Virus record (IMG/VR): IMGVR_UViG_3300030104_002171
Location: 1-31,339 of that record
Length of the DNA: 31,339 nucleotides
Reading direction: 5' to 3' (one strand)
From: a virus
Taxonomy: Duplodnaviria > Caudoviricetes
The notes beneath the pieces were generated by a model. It worked only from the letters and a program-made list of their open reading frames with translations. It was not told where the DNA came from and searched no databases. Positions 7,975-16,966 of this stretch are shown here, piece after piece; the stretch's first letter is position 1; the number at the start of each line of letters is the position of its first letter. Both the position numbers and the translations under genes were made by a program.

Positions 7975-9433
7975 TAATTATTCTCCTTAGATTATCTTCT
8001 GCTATTTTTCTTCTCATTCTTATATCTGATAAATCTTTATTATATTGATATAGAGAATCTTTTGAGAACTCTACATCCTGATATATTATTCTATCATCAA
8101 TAAATTCTTTGTTCATGTATTCGTCTATATTTATTTCACTTAGTTCTATTTGATTATCAAAAAATTCTTTGTTCATGTTTTGATACATAGAAACAGAACT
8201 ATCTTTTGTCATTAATTTAGCAACGATGCTTTGAGTAACTACTATCTGTTTATCTACATCTTTTATTTTAGACTCAACTTTTGCTGATATATCATCAATA
8301 TTAATTTCTTTTTCTTGTGCAACAGTTTCGTCTTGAGTTGTATTTTCTTCTGGCTCAACTTCTTCTGTATTAGTTTCAGCTACTTCTTCTGTTGGCTCTT
8401 CTGTTATTTCTTCTGATACTTCTTCGGTGGGTTCTTCAATAGTTTCTTCTACATTGGTTTCTACAATTTCTTCATTAACCTCTGCAACAACTTCTTCTTC
8501 AAACTCCTCTACGATTTCATTTTCTAACTCTTCTGTGATAGTCATTTCTGTTTCTATAACCTCTGTAACTGGCTCGTATGTTGTACTTACTTCGCTTACT
8601 TGTGGCTCTTCTGTAAGAATGATTTGCTCTTCTAAGACTGTCACAATTAGTTCTTCTTCAATAAATTGTTCTTTTTCTTCAAACTCAATCAATTCAGTAT
8701 ATAACTCAACGACTAGTTCCTCAAAAATTTGCTCTTCAATAAATATCTCTTGTATTTCTTCTGGTAGTATTTCTTCTGCTATTTGCACAATTTCTTCAAT
8801 CTCTTCAAATGTTATCGTTAATTCTTGAACTTGAGATACACTGAGAACTGTGTCGTCATAATCCATTGTGACGCTGATATTGTCAATATTAGCACCACCT
8901 AGAGTGGATGGTGCATTAGCATCTTGTCCACTGATAAATATACTCCCAACTCTTGACCCTGTGCCATTATAAGTCAATGAGTTAGTAAAATTTTGTCCAT
9001 TGATGCCTGTGACATCTGTTCTGGTCTGACTTACATTAGTTAAGACATTTGAATCATCGTCTTTAATTTGTAATCTAATTGTAAAAGAATCAGCACCACC
9101 TTGACCACCCCAACATCCGGTGACTGCACATTCACCATTCTGCACCTCTACAACAGAATTAAGTGTGATGCCATTATCTAGCATCTGATTTGTAATCGTA
9201 TTTGAATAAAGATTAAAATCTTGTTCTACTGAACCATCATCTCCAAATTCCAAATCATAGTTGCTTGGTATGTTATTTAACTGACAACAGTCATTTAGAA
9301 CTTGAACGTCACCATTTGTTGTCCACCCTGTAGAATTACCTGTTTCAAAATTACCATTGACAACAAGATTATCTGTAGTTTGCACCTCTGCAAAACTTGT
9401 TATCGGCATCAGTAATAAAATTAAAATTTTCAT
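7964..9433 (-). CDS. Secreted protein: signal peptide, CBM-like beta domain, Glu-rich stalk
   Basis: MKILILLLMPITSFA signal; NLVVNGNFETG...GW (CBM4/9-like start); about 180 aa E-rich region with EEPTEEV repeated twice. Confidence 0.8.
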   Translation of the reverse strand: MKILILLLMPITSFAEVQTTDNLVVNGNFETGNSTGWTTNGDVQVLNDCCQLNNIPSNYDLEFGDDGSVEQDFNLYSNTITNQMLDNGITLNSVVEVQNGECAVTGCWGGQGGADSFTIRLQIKDDDSNVLTNVSQTRTDVTGINGQNFTNSLTYNGTGSRVGSIFISGQDANAPSTLGGANIDNISVTMDYDDTVLSVSQVQELTITFEEIEEIVQIAEEILPEEIQEIFIEEQIFEELVVELYTELIEFEEKEQFIEEELIVTVLEEQIILTEEPQVSEVSTTYEPVTEVIETEMTITEELENEIVEEFEEEVVAEVNEEIVETNVEETIEEPTEEVSEEITEEPTEEVAETNTEEVEPEENTTQDETVAQEKEINIDDISAKVESKIKDVDKQIVVTQSIVAKLMTKDSSVSMYQNMNKEFFDNQIELSEINIDEYMNKEFIDDRIIYQDVEFSKDSLYQYNKDLSDIRMRRKIAEDNLRRIINGF

Positions 9434-9543
9434 CTTTTTACTGGTGCATCTATCTTAATTTCATTATTTCCATATATCTCTATCTCACCTAATATGACTC
9501 TGTGCGATGAACAATTATTGAAAGTCAAAATTAATATCATCAT
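9430..9543 (-). CDS. Small putative lipoprotein (MMILILTFNNCSSHRVILGEIEIYGNNEIKIDAPVKR); may start at 9591
   Basis: Read by hand. Fills the gap exactly, ATGA overlap with the next gene, hydrophobic stretch followed by Cys. Confidence 0.55.
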   Translation of the reverse strand: MMILILTFNNCSSHRVILGEIEIYGNNEIKIDAPVKR

Positions 9544-9550
9544 AATTAAT

Positions 9551-10243
9551 TTAATCTGTTTTATATCTAGTTGTCTTTTTAGGTAATTCATTATTCCAAG
9601 TCATTGATTTTTTTTTGTTAGTATTATTTGCATTTAATATTTTGTTTCTTTTTAACCAGTCTTGATAGTCTGGTCTAAGTTCTGGGTACTTATCCCAATA
9701 TGCTTGTGCTTTTTTACCTATAAGACTTTCTTTGGTTTTATGGTGTAAGACAGGACAAGGTGTGCTTGACTGTTCTAGTGAATAAAATATTTGTGGGTCA
9801 TGTAAACATAAAATGCTAATACTGGAGACTTTAAGACCTAGACTAGCAAGTTGTTGGCTCTTTTTAATCGCCATACATGTCTCATCTATGTAGTAGTTTG
9901 ACCCTGCAATAGATAACCCAATAGTGGTAACGCCCATAGATAAGGGAATCACACAGTCTGTGCTATAGACCTGTGCAGATGGTGGATTTGCTGAATTGAC
10001 TGCGGTCTCTGAATTATTGTTTGTAGAATTCGTTGTATCATTATTATTTGTAACAGTTCCTTGATATGTAGTTTCTTGAGAATAACCACCAGATATAGAA
10101 GTTTGTGAGCCACTCGTTGAAGTCTGATTTATGTTATTAGCACCAGTATTGGAAGAATCTGCAATGCTTTCTGTGATTCCATAAACTAGAATGATTACAA
10201 GTATTATGACAATACAATTTTTTGGTGTTACATCTATAACCAT
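9551..10243 (-). CDS. Cys-containing exported/membrane-anchored protein (likely start 10243 rather than 10285)
   Basis: Hydrophobic N-terminus, N/T/S-rich linker, then a domain with four Cys ending in TPCP. ATG 1 nt after the upstream stop. Confidence 0.75.
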   Translation of the reverse strand: MVIDVTPKNCIVIILVIILVYGITESIADSSNTGANNINQTSTSGSQTSISGGYSQETTYQGTVTNNNDTTNSTNNNSETAVNSANPPSAQVYSTDCVIPLSMGVTTIGLSIAGSNYYIDETCMAIKKSQQLASLGLKVSSISILCLHDPQIFYSLEQSSTPCPVLHHKTKESLIGKKAQAYWDKYPELRPDYQDWLKRNKILNANNTNKKKSMTWNNELPKKTTRYKTD

Positions 10244-10244
10244 A

Positions 10245-10676
10245 TTATTTAGATTTCGTGATACTTGAACCCATATAGAGTCCAATTATGCTTATCACCA
10301 CGTTTTTGTGCATTTCTAAGAAAGGCATTCCATTAATTTCTTTCCATACAGTTTGAGTTGATTCTGTGCTAAATAAAAACCAATCTGAGCCAGTAGTAAT
10401 TTCAGTTTGAATATATATTGGCACTTGGAATATACCTGCGACCATTGGTAATAATATAATTGAGAATATGCAGGTAAGTGCAATTATACGTCTGGTCATG
10501 CTGAAAAAATTTGCATCGCCTATTTTTCTGACCTTATCTCTAGACTGTTCTACAAATTTGTTTTGCATCATCAACATCTTTTGTTGCTCTTGTTGTGCTG
10601 ATGCTCTCTGTCCAATCACTTGCATTAGACCACCAATTACCGAACTTCCTATGAGATTAATAATTTCCCATGTCAT
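10245..10676 (-). CDS. Multi-TM membrane protein, holin-like candidate
   Basis: Three hydrophobic segments; TRRIIAL and IIGLYMG motifs. Confidence 0.6.
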   Translation of the reverse strand: MTWEIINLIGSSVIGGLMQVIGQRASAQQEQQKMLMMQNKFVEQSRDKVRKIGDANFFSMTRRIIALTCIFSIILLPMVAGIFQVPIYIQTEITTGSDWFLFSTESTQTVWKEINGMPFLEMHKNVVISIIGLYMGSSITKSK

Positions 10677-10876
10677 TGACTATATTTCCATCCTAAAATT
10701 GCAATTATTATAGTGCCAACCCAAACAAGAACTTTGACACCACCTTTACCCATGTTGATGATTTTATACAATTCGATAATATCTTTTGTGTTTTGGTCTA
10801 CTTTGAGTTCTAATCTGTCCATCTTAGAATCTAAAGCATCTAATTTAACTGCTATTTTTTCTAAGATTGATTTCAT
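10673..10876 (-). CDS. Coiled-coil plus C-terminal TM protein (XhlA/holin-like architecture)
   Basis: LDALDSKMDRLELKV...GKGGVKVLVWVGTIIIAILGW. Confidence 0.65.
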   Translation of the reverse strand: MKSILEKIAVKLDALDSKMDRLELKVDQNTKDIIELYKIINMGKGGVKVLVWVGTIIIAILGWKYSQ

Positions 10877-10884
10877 CTTTTACT

Positions 10885-11163
10885 CTAAGATTTTGGGTTG
10901 CTGTCCTTGACTGCTTTGATGTGTAGATACCATGAACCAGTTTTTGCGTCATCGCCAAGTTTGCCTGAATCTATGTCTTTGTATAGCATGTCAAGTTGCT
11001 CAACAACAGCTTTATAATAATCACCTGTGCCACTTCCTTTAGTCCTAGCAAGTGCATAAGCATTATCTATATACCATTGTTTAGTTGCTTGTATATCAGA
11101 TAAAGTTTTGGCATCTTCATCTCTAGTTGTAATTGTTCCTTTGTTATCTACTATTGCGACCAT
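10885..11163 (-). CDS. Tail-fibre-associated protein (chaperone-like)
   Basis: TAATG-coupled to the fibre. The Y..R...Y....EQLDMLY.DI...W...IKAVK...PK motif is commonly found after fibres in marine phages. Confidence 0.6.
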   Translation of the reverse strand: MVAIVDNKGTITTRDEDAKTLSDIQATKQWYIDNAYALARTKGSGTGDYYKAVVEQLDMLYKDIDSGKLGDDAKTGSWYLHIKAVKDSNPKS

Positions 11164-12464
11164 TATGCTCTATTAACTCCATAAATTGTTAAATTGATTT
11201 TTGATGCACCTGACCCACCTGCAAATATTAATTGAAAACCATTACAAGTGTTTGCTTGTGTGTCATTAATATATCCATGACCAATAGCAATCCTTGATGA
11301 GCCATTACTGCCCTCTCCACCAACCATATATACTACTGATGGTGATACTTGTCCTTTAGAATCATTTGAGTCAGAATCCCAACGACCACCTGCACCATTG
11401 TTGAAATACATCCATCCATTCATTGGGTCTTTTTCACCAGTATTTTGTTGTTCGACAAGTGTAAATTTATCTGCTGAATCTGTAGTAATTCTTTTTTCTG
11501 AATTATTGTGTGTCAAACCTAAAGTAGTTTGTCTGTAATTAGAACCAGTTATTGCAGAGCCATCATCTAAAAATCTCATTTGTAAATCACCTGCTCCTGA
11601 TTGTGCTATAGCATGAATAATTACATAGTAATTATCATAAGTAGAGTCAAATCCAGTAAAAGAATAAGATGTTGTGTTCCCACTAGCATTATATTCATTG
11701 ACTGCACTTACGACTGCTAATCCACCACCACCACCTGCTGTTGCAAATTTTAAACCTGTTGCAGTTGAACTGTCAGCAGTTAAAACTTGGTCATTAGAGC
11801 CAACTGCTAAGACTGATGGGTTTCCAGAGCCATCACCAACTAAAAGACCACCTTTAGTTGACATATCGACAGATGTTAAGGCAGATGTGCCGTTGCCTAT
11901 GATTACACCATTAGCAGTCAGTGACGTTGCTCCTGTCCCACCACCTGCGACAGGTAAAGTAGAAAAAGATAATGTCCCACTACCATTAGTGATAATTGGT
12001 TGATTAGCTGAACCATCACCTGTAGGTAGAACCCATATCTGATTTCCAGTAAGTGCCGGTGCCTCAAAACCTACATAATTTGCACCCTCGTAAAATCTTA
12101 ATTCATTGTTTGAACCACCAATTTCCAAATGTCCTGCTGTTGTCAGTTTTCCATCTGATGCAATAGTTAGAGCATCTGTACCATCAGTAAACTCTAATAG
12201 TGTAGTCCTCATAGAATCAGCAACAAAATACTCTACTGTATCGTTAGTCTGGTCTAACTCAAATAATTGAATGAAAGCATCATTATCTTCATTTCTAATA
12301 GAAAATTTATTAGTATCTGTCTCGTAAAAAAATTGGTTGGCGTATAAAGTTGAAGGCGCAGACGTGCCACTAGAATTTGATGCAAGTGCTTGTAATGCAC
12401 TATTTATATCTGCTCTTGTATTTGGAAAAGTTTGATTCGCTATTACAAAATCGTTCTGACTCAA
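11163..12464 (-). CDS. Tail fibre / receptor-binding protein
   Basis: TTG start with RBS ggag. N-terminal attachment domain QNDFVIANQ...RADIN.ALQAL, then GGTGATS and G/S/T-rich shaft segments, GGGGG hinge and head domain. Confidence 0.85.
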   Translation of the reverse strand: MSQNDFVIANQTFPNTRADINSALQALASNSSGTSAPSTLYANQFFYETDTNKFSIRNEDNDAFIQLFELDQTNDTVEYFVADSMRTTLLEFTDGTDALTIASDGKLTTAGHLEIGGSNNELRFYEGANYVGFEAPALTGNQIWVLPTGDGSANQPIITNGSGTLSFSTLPVAGGGTGATSLTANGVIIGNGTSALTSVDMSTKGGLLVGDGSGNPSVLAVGSNDQVLTADSSTATGLKFATAGGGGGLAVVSAVNEYNASGNTTSYSFTGFDSTYDNYYVIIHAIAQSGAGDLQMRFLDDGSAITGSNYRQTTLGLTHNNSEKRITTDSADKFTLVEQQNTGEKDPMNGWMYFNNGAGGRWDSDSNDSKGQVSPSVVYMVGGEGSNGSSRIAIGHGYINDTQANTCNGFQLIFAGGSGASKINLTIYGVNRA

Positions 12465-12505
12465 TGTATTATCTCCATAATATTTTTTTTAGCATAGCAT
12501 GTAAT

Positions 12506-15421
12506 TTATGACGATTCCACTCTACCAAATCCTTTGGCTACATAATCAAAATCTCTACTGACCACAGAACCACTTGAGTTTTTAAATTTAATGGTAAACC
12601 CTGTTGCAGATTTAGATGTTAATTCATAAAAATCACCAGTTGCTAAAGATTGTGCTGATATACCTAATCCTTGTAATTCTTTGAAAGCAGGAGAAAATGT
12701 CACTGCTTTACCACTAGATGCTGTCCCTGATGTAATATCAGATTCGGCAAGACTTCGGTCTGGCATATCTACAGTTGCAGATAATACCGATACAGATGGT
12801 GTTGCAGTATTAGAATCTGTAGTGAGTTTCACTCTAAGTTTAATGAATCTTGCTTTATATTCTCCGATGACATAAGTTCTAAAACCAGTGTATGTTGAGT
12901 TATCGGTAGAGGTAGAGATTAAATATTCAATATTAGTATCGTTTTGCTCTTCATAGTTACCATCGAATAAACCCTCTCTATCATCAAAGTTATTCGGTTG
13001 TGAGTCAAAAAAACTTTCAGTGTCAAATCTTGTGTGTGTGGTAGAAAAAGTGACTATGCTATTGTAAATATCACCTAAGTCTATAGTTGGAAAGTCATAA
13101 GTACCTTGATTTCTTGGAACTGCATCTCCACCATCATCAAAGTTGCCTGTTGCATCGTCAAAATTACCAGTCGCCTCATCAAAAAATTCACCTAACTCTA
13201 TTTCTAACTTGTTTACAGAATCTCTAGTTACAACGAGTAGTTTATCTTTTGTGCCTGTAAAGTTTGGGTTTTGTGTAGAAGTAGCAACTACATTTAAATC
13301 ATTATTTATTCTATTTAAAATTACCCCAGACTTAGTAGAGTTCTCACTTTCTATACCAAGAACGTCTACTGCTTTAATCATGTATGTGCCTGTCATTGCA
13401 GGAAGTGTAATTGTGTTTGCAGGTTTACCCACTTTTTTTGCTAATATGACTCCCTCTGAAAATGTTGGATTCGTTGTGTCAGATGTGTGTCTGATTACAT
13501 AATGTGACAAGTCTAAATCTGTGACTGGTGTCCATCTCAAATCGACTAAACTACCGATTACGTTAGTAGTGAAATCAGATACATCTGATGGTGATGCAGT
13601 TTTCCCAACAACTTCATGTGATACAGTTACAAAAGATGAATGAACATTGAAAGCATTTATAGCCCTTGCTCTAACTTCATAATTTGCACCATCTTGAACA
13701 TTTACGATTTCAACAACATTACCTTTAGACTTACCCATGCTTTTAAATTCTTCTGATAAATCAACATTTCTAAACTGCACTTCAAATTCGTTTGTTGTTC
13801 CTTGATTCGATTGAACAGTTGCTAATAAAACTGTTATTGGTGTTTCTGAAAATGTCCTTAATTCGTCTGTTACAGTTAGACTTGGTGTGTTTACTGTTGC
13901 AGAACTTGGCAATGTGGTATCGTCTAATGTTAATACTGATTCTTCTGCGTTCCAGTCATACACATTTGATGCAGTTTCTTTTAAAACTAAATCAACACTA
14001 ACTGACTCAGTAGACATGTTAAATTGATACTCAGCTACTTCAAATATTTTATTTGTAAAACCAAGTCTGGAATTTGTTATATTTACTGTGTCTCCGACTT
14101 CTAATTTAAAAGCAGATAATTTCATAGAACCTGCAAGTGTCATTTGTTGTCTGTTTTTAAAAAGTGATGCTTTTGCTATTCTTTGTGCCATAGTCGATGA
14201 AGTTGTAAATGGTAAGTCTATATCAGCAAATATGGTCTCACCATCATTGTCTACAAAAGTTTGACTTGTGACCATCGGATAATCTGATGGTTGCCAATTA
14301 GTCTCTTCGGATGTAAATATACCTTTAACTGTATTGAATAAACTTCGTCTTGATTGTTTGGTATTGACTTTGAAACCAGATATAAAATCATCTTCATCTA
14401 AAGATATAGTTGGTGAAATAAATTGACCACCTTTTAAAATAAATTTTCCATTAGAATAAGATAAAATACCTAAACAAGAAGATAACATATCGTCTAGTAT
14501 TTCCATTGGTGCAATATCAGAATATACGATTCCATGACACTCGTATCTATTTTCTGTACCACCTGCTGAGAGTGATACATTTTCGTCACATAGATTCGCC
14601 ATTGTGGTGAATGATGTGGTATCAATACTGCTTAGAGGAATACCAAGTCCAAGTCTGGTGTCACTTAGATAATCATATATACATAATGCAGAGTTAGAAG
14701 AAAATCCTGTAGAACCAGTCCTAAAGTCTAGTATTTTTTTACCTTGTATTTCTGCACTGATGTTTGGTATGCCATTTGGGAACATATCTGCATCGTAATC
14801 TAGTCTTGCATAAATATAAGCAATTCCTTGCAGTCTGTGTTCATTTGTCCAATTAGAACTTGCAGAAACTAAGTCTGCATCAGCTAATTGTGTATCTGAC
14901 CCTGTATGGAGTTTTATTTGTACTGCTTTTTTGGTGATATCAAATTTCGAGTTACCAGAGTATTTACTTGGTGACGATATTCTAAACCTAGTAATACCAT
15001 TAGCATCTGTGCCATTAGAGACTAATGTTAATTCATCATCATTAAAATAAACTTTTGCTATAGAATTTACTTCGTGAGATGCAATTTCTACTATGATATG
15101 TAATTCTTTATTATTATTTACAGTGTCCATGAATAAAATACCACCAGACTTTTTATTTGTGCCATAAACAGTCGACCTTGATATAATAGGTTGTTTTATC
15201 ATTAAACTTCTGTTGGCAGTTTGCTGTTGATATGCTTGTTGTTGAAGAGAGCCATTTCTCAGTTTTGGTTTTGGTGCAAGTGCCATTGAACCTGCTATAA
15301 TTGCACCACCAATCGCAACTTTTGCAAAAACTCCTGCACCTAAACTTGCGGGAAGACTTAATCCACCTGTAATTATAGCAGTACCTACTATCATTCCGAT
15401 TTGTGATACTGTACTACCCAT
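12506..15421 (-). CDS. Central tail tip / host-specificity protein (lambda J-like) with FN3 domains
   Basis: VYG, HRLQGIAYIY, PNISAEIQG, ALCIYDYL, FNTVKG, AQRIAK motifs; FN3-type YEVRARAIN and LRWTPV. Confidence 0.88.
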   Translation of the reverse strand: MGSTVSQIGMIVGTAIITGGLSLPASLGAGVFAKVAIGGAIIAGSMALAPKPKLRNGSLQQQAYQQQTANRSLMIKQPIISRSTVYGTNKKSGGILFMDTVNNNKELHIIVEIASHEVNSIAKVYFNDDELTLVSNGTDANGITRFRISSPSKYSGNSKFDITKKAVQIKLHTGSDTQLADADLVSASSNWTNEHRLQGIAYIYARLDYDADMFPNGIPNISAEIQGKKILDFRTGSTGFSSNSALCIYDYLSDTRLGLGIPLSSIDTTSFTTMANLCDENVSLSAGGTENRYECHGIVYSDIAPMEILDDMLSSCLGILSYSNGKFILKGGQFISPTISLDEDDFISGFKVNTKQSRRSLFNTVKGIFTSEETNWQPSDYPMVTSQTFVDNDGETIFADIDLPFTTSSTMAQRIAKASLFKNRQQMTLAGSMKLSAFKLEVGDTVNITNSRLGFTNKIFEVAEYQFNMSTESVSVDLVLKETASNVYDWNAEESVLTLDDTTLPSSATVNTPSLTVTDELRTFSETPITVLLATVQSNQGTTNEFEVQFRNVDLSEEFKSMGKSKGNVVEIVNVQDGANYEVRARAINAFNVHSSFVTVSHEVVGKTASPSDVSDFTTNVIGSLVDLRWTPVTDLDLSHYVIRHTSDTTNPTFSEGVILAKKVGKPANTITLPAMTGTYMIKAVDVLGIESENSTKSGVILNRINNDLNVVATSTQNPNFTGTKDKLLVVTRDSVNKLEIELGEFFDEATGNFDDATGNFDDGGDAVPRNQGTYDFPTIDLGDIYNSIVTFSTTHTRFDTESFFDSQPNNFDDREGLFDGNYEEQNDTNIEYLISTSTDNSTYTGFRTYVIGEYKARFIKLRVKLTTDSNTATPSVSVLSATVDMPDRSLAESDITSGTASSGKAVTFSPAFKELQGLGISAQSLATGDFYELTSKSATGFTIKFKNSSGSVVSRDFDYVAKGFGRVESS

Positions 15422-15867
15422 TATCTGTAAAACGCCTTGTTAGATTGACTTGAATATTTGATAATTCTGTTTTGTTCATTCATTCTTAAATAGTTCACTC
15501 TTTGACCTATATCCATAATTTTTGAAAAATAACTTTTCGCATATCTTATCACTTCTTGAACATCTTTTTTTGAGACAATATCTATTATCCAGATATTGTT
15601 TCCACCTTTCCAATATAATACTTCACCGGTTTTTTTAAAATGATTTTCTGTTTTTTTGTTAAAAGATGCCCAAGATATAAAACTTACTACTTGGTTGTTG
15701 TCGTAGAATATTCTACTCTGTGACAGAGATATTGGTTTTTGTAAGTAGAAAAAAAGTTGTTCTTGACTTAAATCTTTATATTTTGGAAAACTCTTATATA
15801 GTTCAACAACAGAATGAATATCTGACAGTGTTTTTGTAATTAATAAATTATTGAGTTGACCCACCAC
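15421..15867 (-). CDS. HlyC-family (RTX toxin-activating lysine acyltransferase)-like protein
   Basis: Q...F..D....SFISWA......E..F.......WKGGNNIWIIDIV parallels HlyC QY...DD.PVAYCSWA...E..Y...DWTSGDRKWFIDWI. Start is uncertain (GTG). Confidence 0.72.
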   Translation of the reverse strand: MVGQLNNLLITKTLSDIHSVVELYKSFPKYKDLSQEQLFFYLQKPISLSQSRIFYDNNQVVSFISWASFNKKTENHFKKTGEVLYWKGGNNIWIIDIVSKKDVQEVIRYAKSYFSKIMDIGQRVNYLRMNEQNRIIKYSSQSNKAFYR

Positions 15868-16423
15868 CCCAAACTATCTCTTTATCTTGAAGTGAATCTA
15901 CATACTCTAAACCCTTATCAGAACTAAACAAGTTTTTCTGGTCTTGGTCTGTATATCTTCTATCTACTGGTTTTTCTAATGTTATCAGTTTATTTTCAAC
16001 AGTAATACTTATCTTAGATGTATCGCCCTCATCTGAAATAATCATAGTATCTAAAAAACCCTCAAAGAATTGATATGGCGTATCCACTATAGCATCTGCA
16101 TTTGATGAGGTACTTAATACACCAAAAAAAACCTTAACTACTGTACCTTGCACATTTTCTGTCAAAGCAGACGATACGATGCTTGAATCTAAACCAGACA
16201 AAGCAATACTCATACCGGTTGCTTTAACTTCTGATGATTCTTGTATAGATGATATATCAAGTAAATTACCACCACCAATATAAGTATCAGACCCTATTGT
16301 GATGTTATGATAACCAGTCCATAGATTTAAAGGTGTAGTAAACCCAAGTGACACTGCCATAAATGGTCTTATCTGTGAACTTGTAATCTGGGTATTAAAG
16401 TTAGACCCAATAGTTCTTGTCAT
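15848..16423 (-). CDS. Baseplate hub / minor tail protein
   Basis: LWTG...YIGGG.LL.IS...LSG...FEG.LD.M...ITVEN.L...RRYT..DQ...DKGLEYV...EIVWG family, usually upstream of J-like tips. Confidence 0.75.
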   Translation of the reverse strand: MTRTIGSNFNTQITSSQIRPFMAVSLGFTTPLNLWTGYHNITIGSDTYIGGGNLLDISSIQESSEVKATGMSIALSGLDSSIVSSALTENVQGTVVKVFFGVLSTSSNADAIVDTPYQFFEGFLDTMIISDEGDTSKISITVENKLITLEKPVDRRYTDQDQKNLFSSDKGLEYVDSLQDKEIVWGGGSTQ

Positions 16424-16890
16424 TTTTTAGCTTTCTTTTTTACTTTTTTACTGACTTTGCTCACAGCTTTTGTTGCTTTTTTAGCTACAGTCTTTGCTTT
16501 CTTTTTTGTTTTCTTGACCTCATCCATTTTAACTTCAATAGCTAATCCACCATCTATTAGGTTTTGTGCTAATTTCTGTTGCCATGGTTTATCCATAGAT
16601 AATACTTGGTCTACTTCGACTTTCATTGATTGATTGCCACTTTCATTAGCTGACATCTCAATGCTTTCTGTCATTTTTATTTTCATTTCTTGTACCTTTC
16701 CTACATACATTTCTTCTATGACATCAACCCAGTCAATAGGTTGTGTCTCCCATATTATGCCACCATAGACATAATCAATTCTACTTTCTAGTTTGCCATT
16801 GACACTAAACTTTGCTCTAGGGTCAATCCTATAAATAGCTTTGATAGTGTCTAATTTCCTTTCACTACATGGCATGTTTTCACACTCCAT
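16420..16890 (-). CDS. Two-part hypothetical protein with Lys/Ala-rich histone-H1-like tail; internal start likely at 16686
   Basis: RBS ggag at the 5' start; internal aggtacaagaaATG; C-terminus KKTKKKAKTVAKKATKAVSKVSKKVKKKAKK. Confidence 0.7.
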   Translation of the reverse strand: MECENMPCSERKLDTIKAIYRIDPRAKFSVNGKLESRIDYVYGGIIWETQPIDWVDVIEEMYVGKVQEMKIKMTESIEMSANESGNQSMKVEVDQVLSMDKPWQQKLAQNLIDGGLAIEVKMDEVKKTKKKAKTVAKKATKAVSKVSKKVKKKAKK

Positions 16891-16900
16891 TTTCTCCAGT

Positions 16901-16932
16901 GGTGGGAGAGAAAACTAACAAACTCTCCCACC
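16901..16932. terminator. Perfect 10-bp hairpin after the capsid genes (attenuator, stabiliser or antisense terminator)
   Basis: ggtgggagag-12nt-ctctcccacc. Confidence 0.6.
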
Positions 16933-16966
16933 TATTTTGCTACAATCTAGCCGACATCAAGTAGCA

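Noticed and set aside
8280-8830. ttc-rich low-complexity tract as a DNA repeat or diversity-generating target
   Set aside because: Explained by Glu codons. No reverse transcriptase or template/variable repeat pair was seen.
15421-15867. HlyC-like gene as evidence of an RTX toxin virulence locus
   Set aside because: No GGxGxD-repeat toxin and no HlyB/HlyD genes in the genome.
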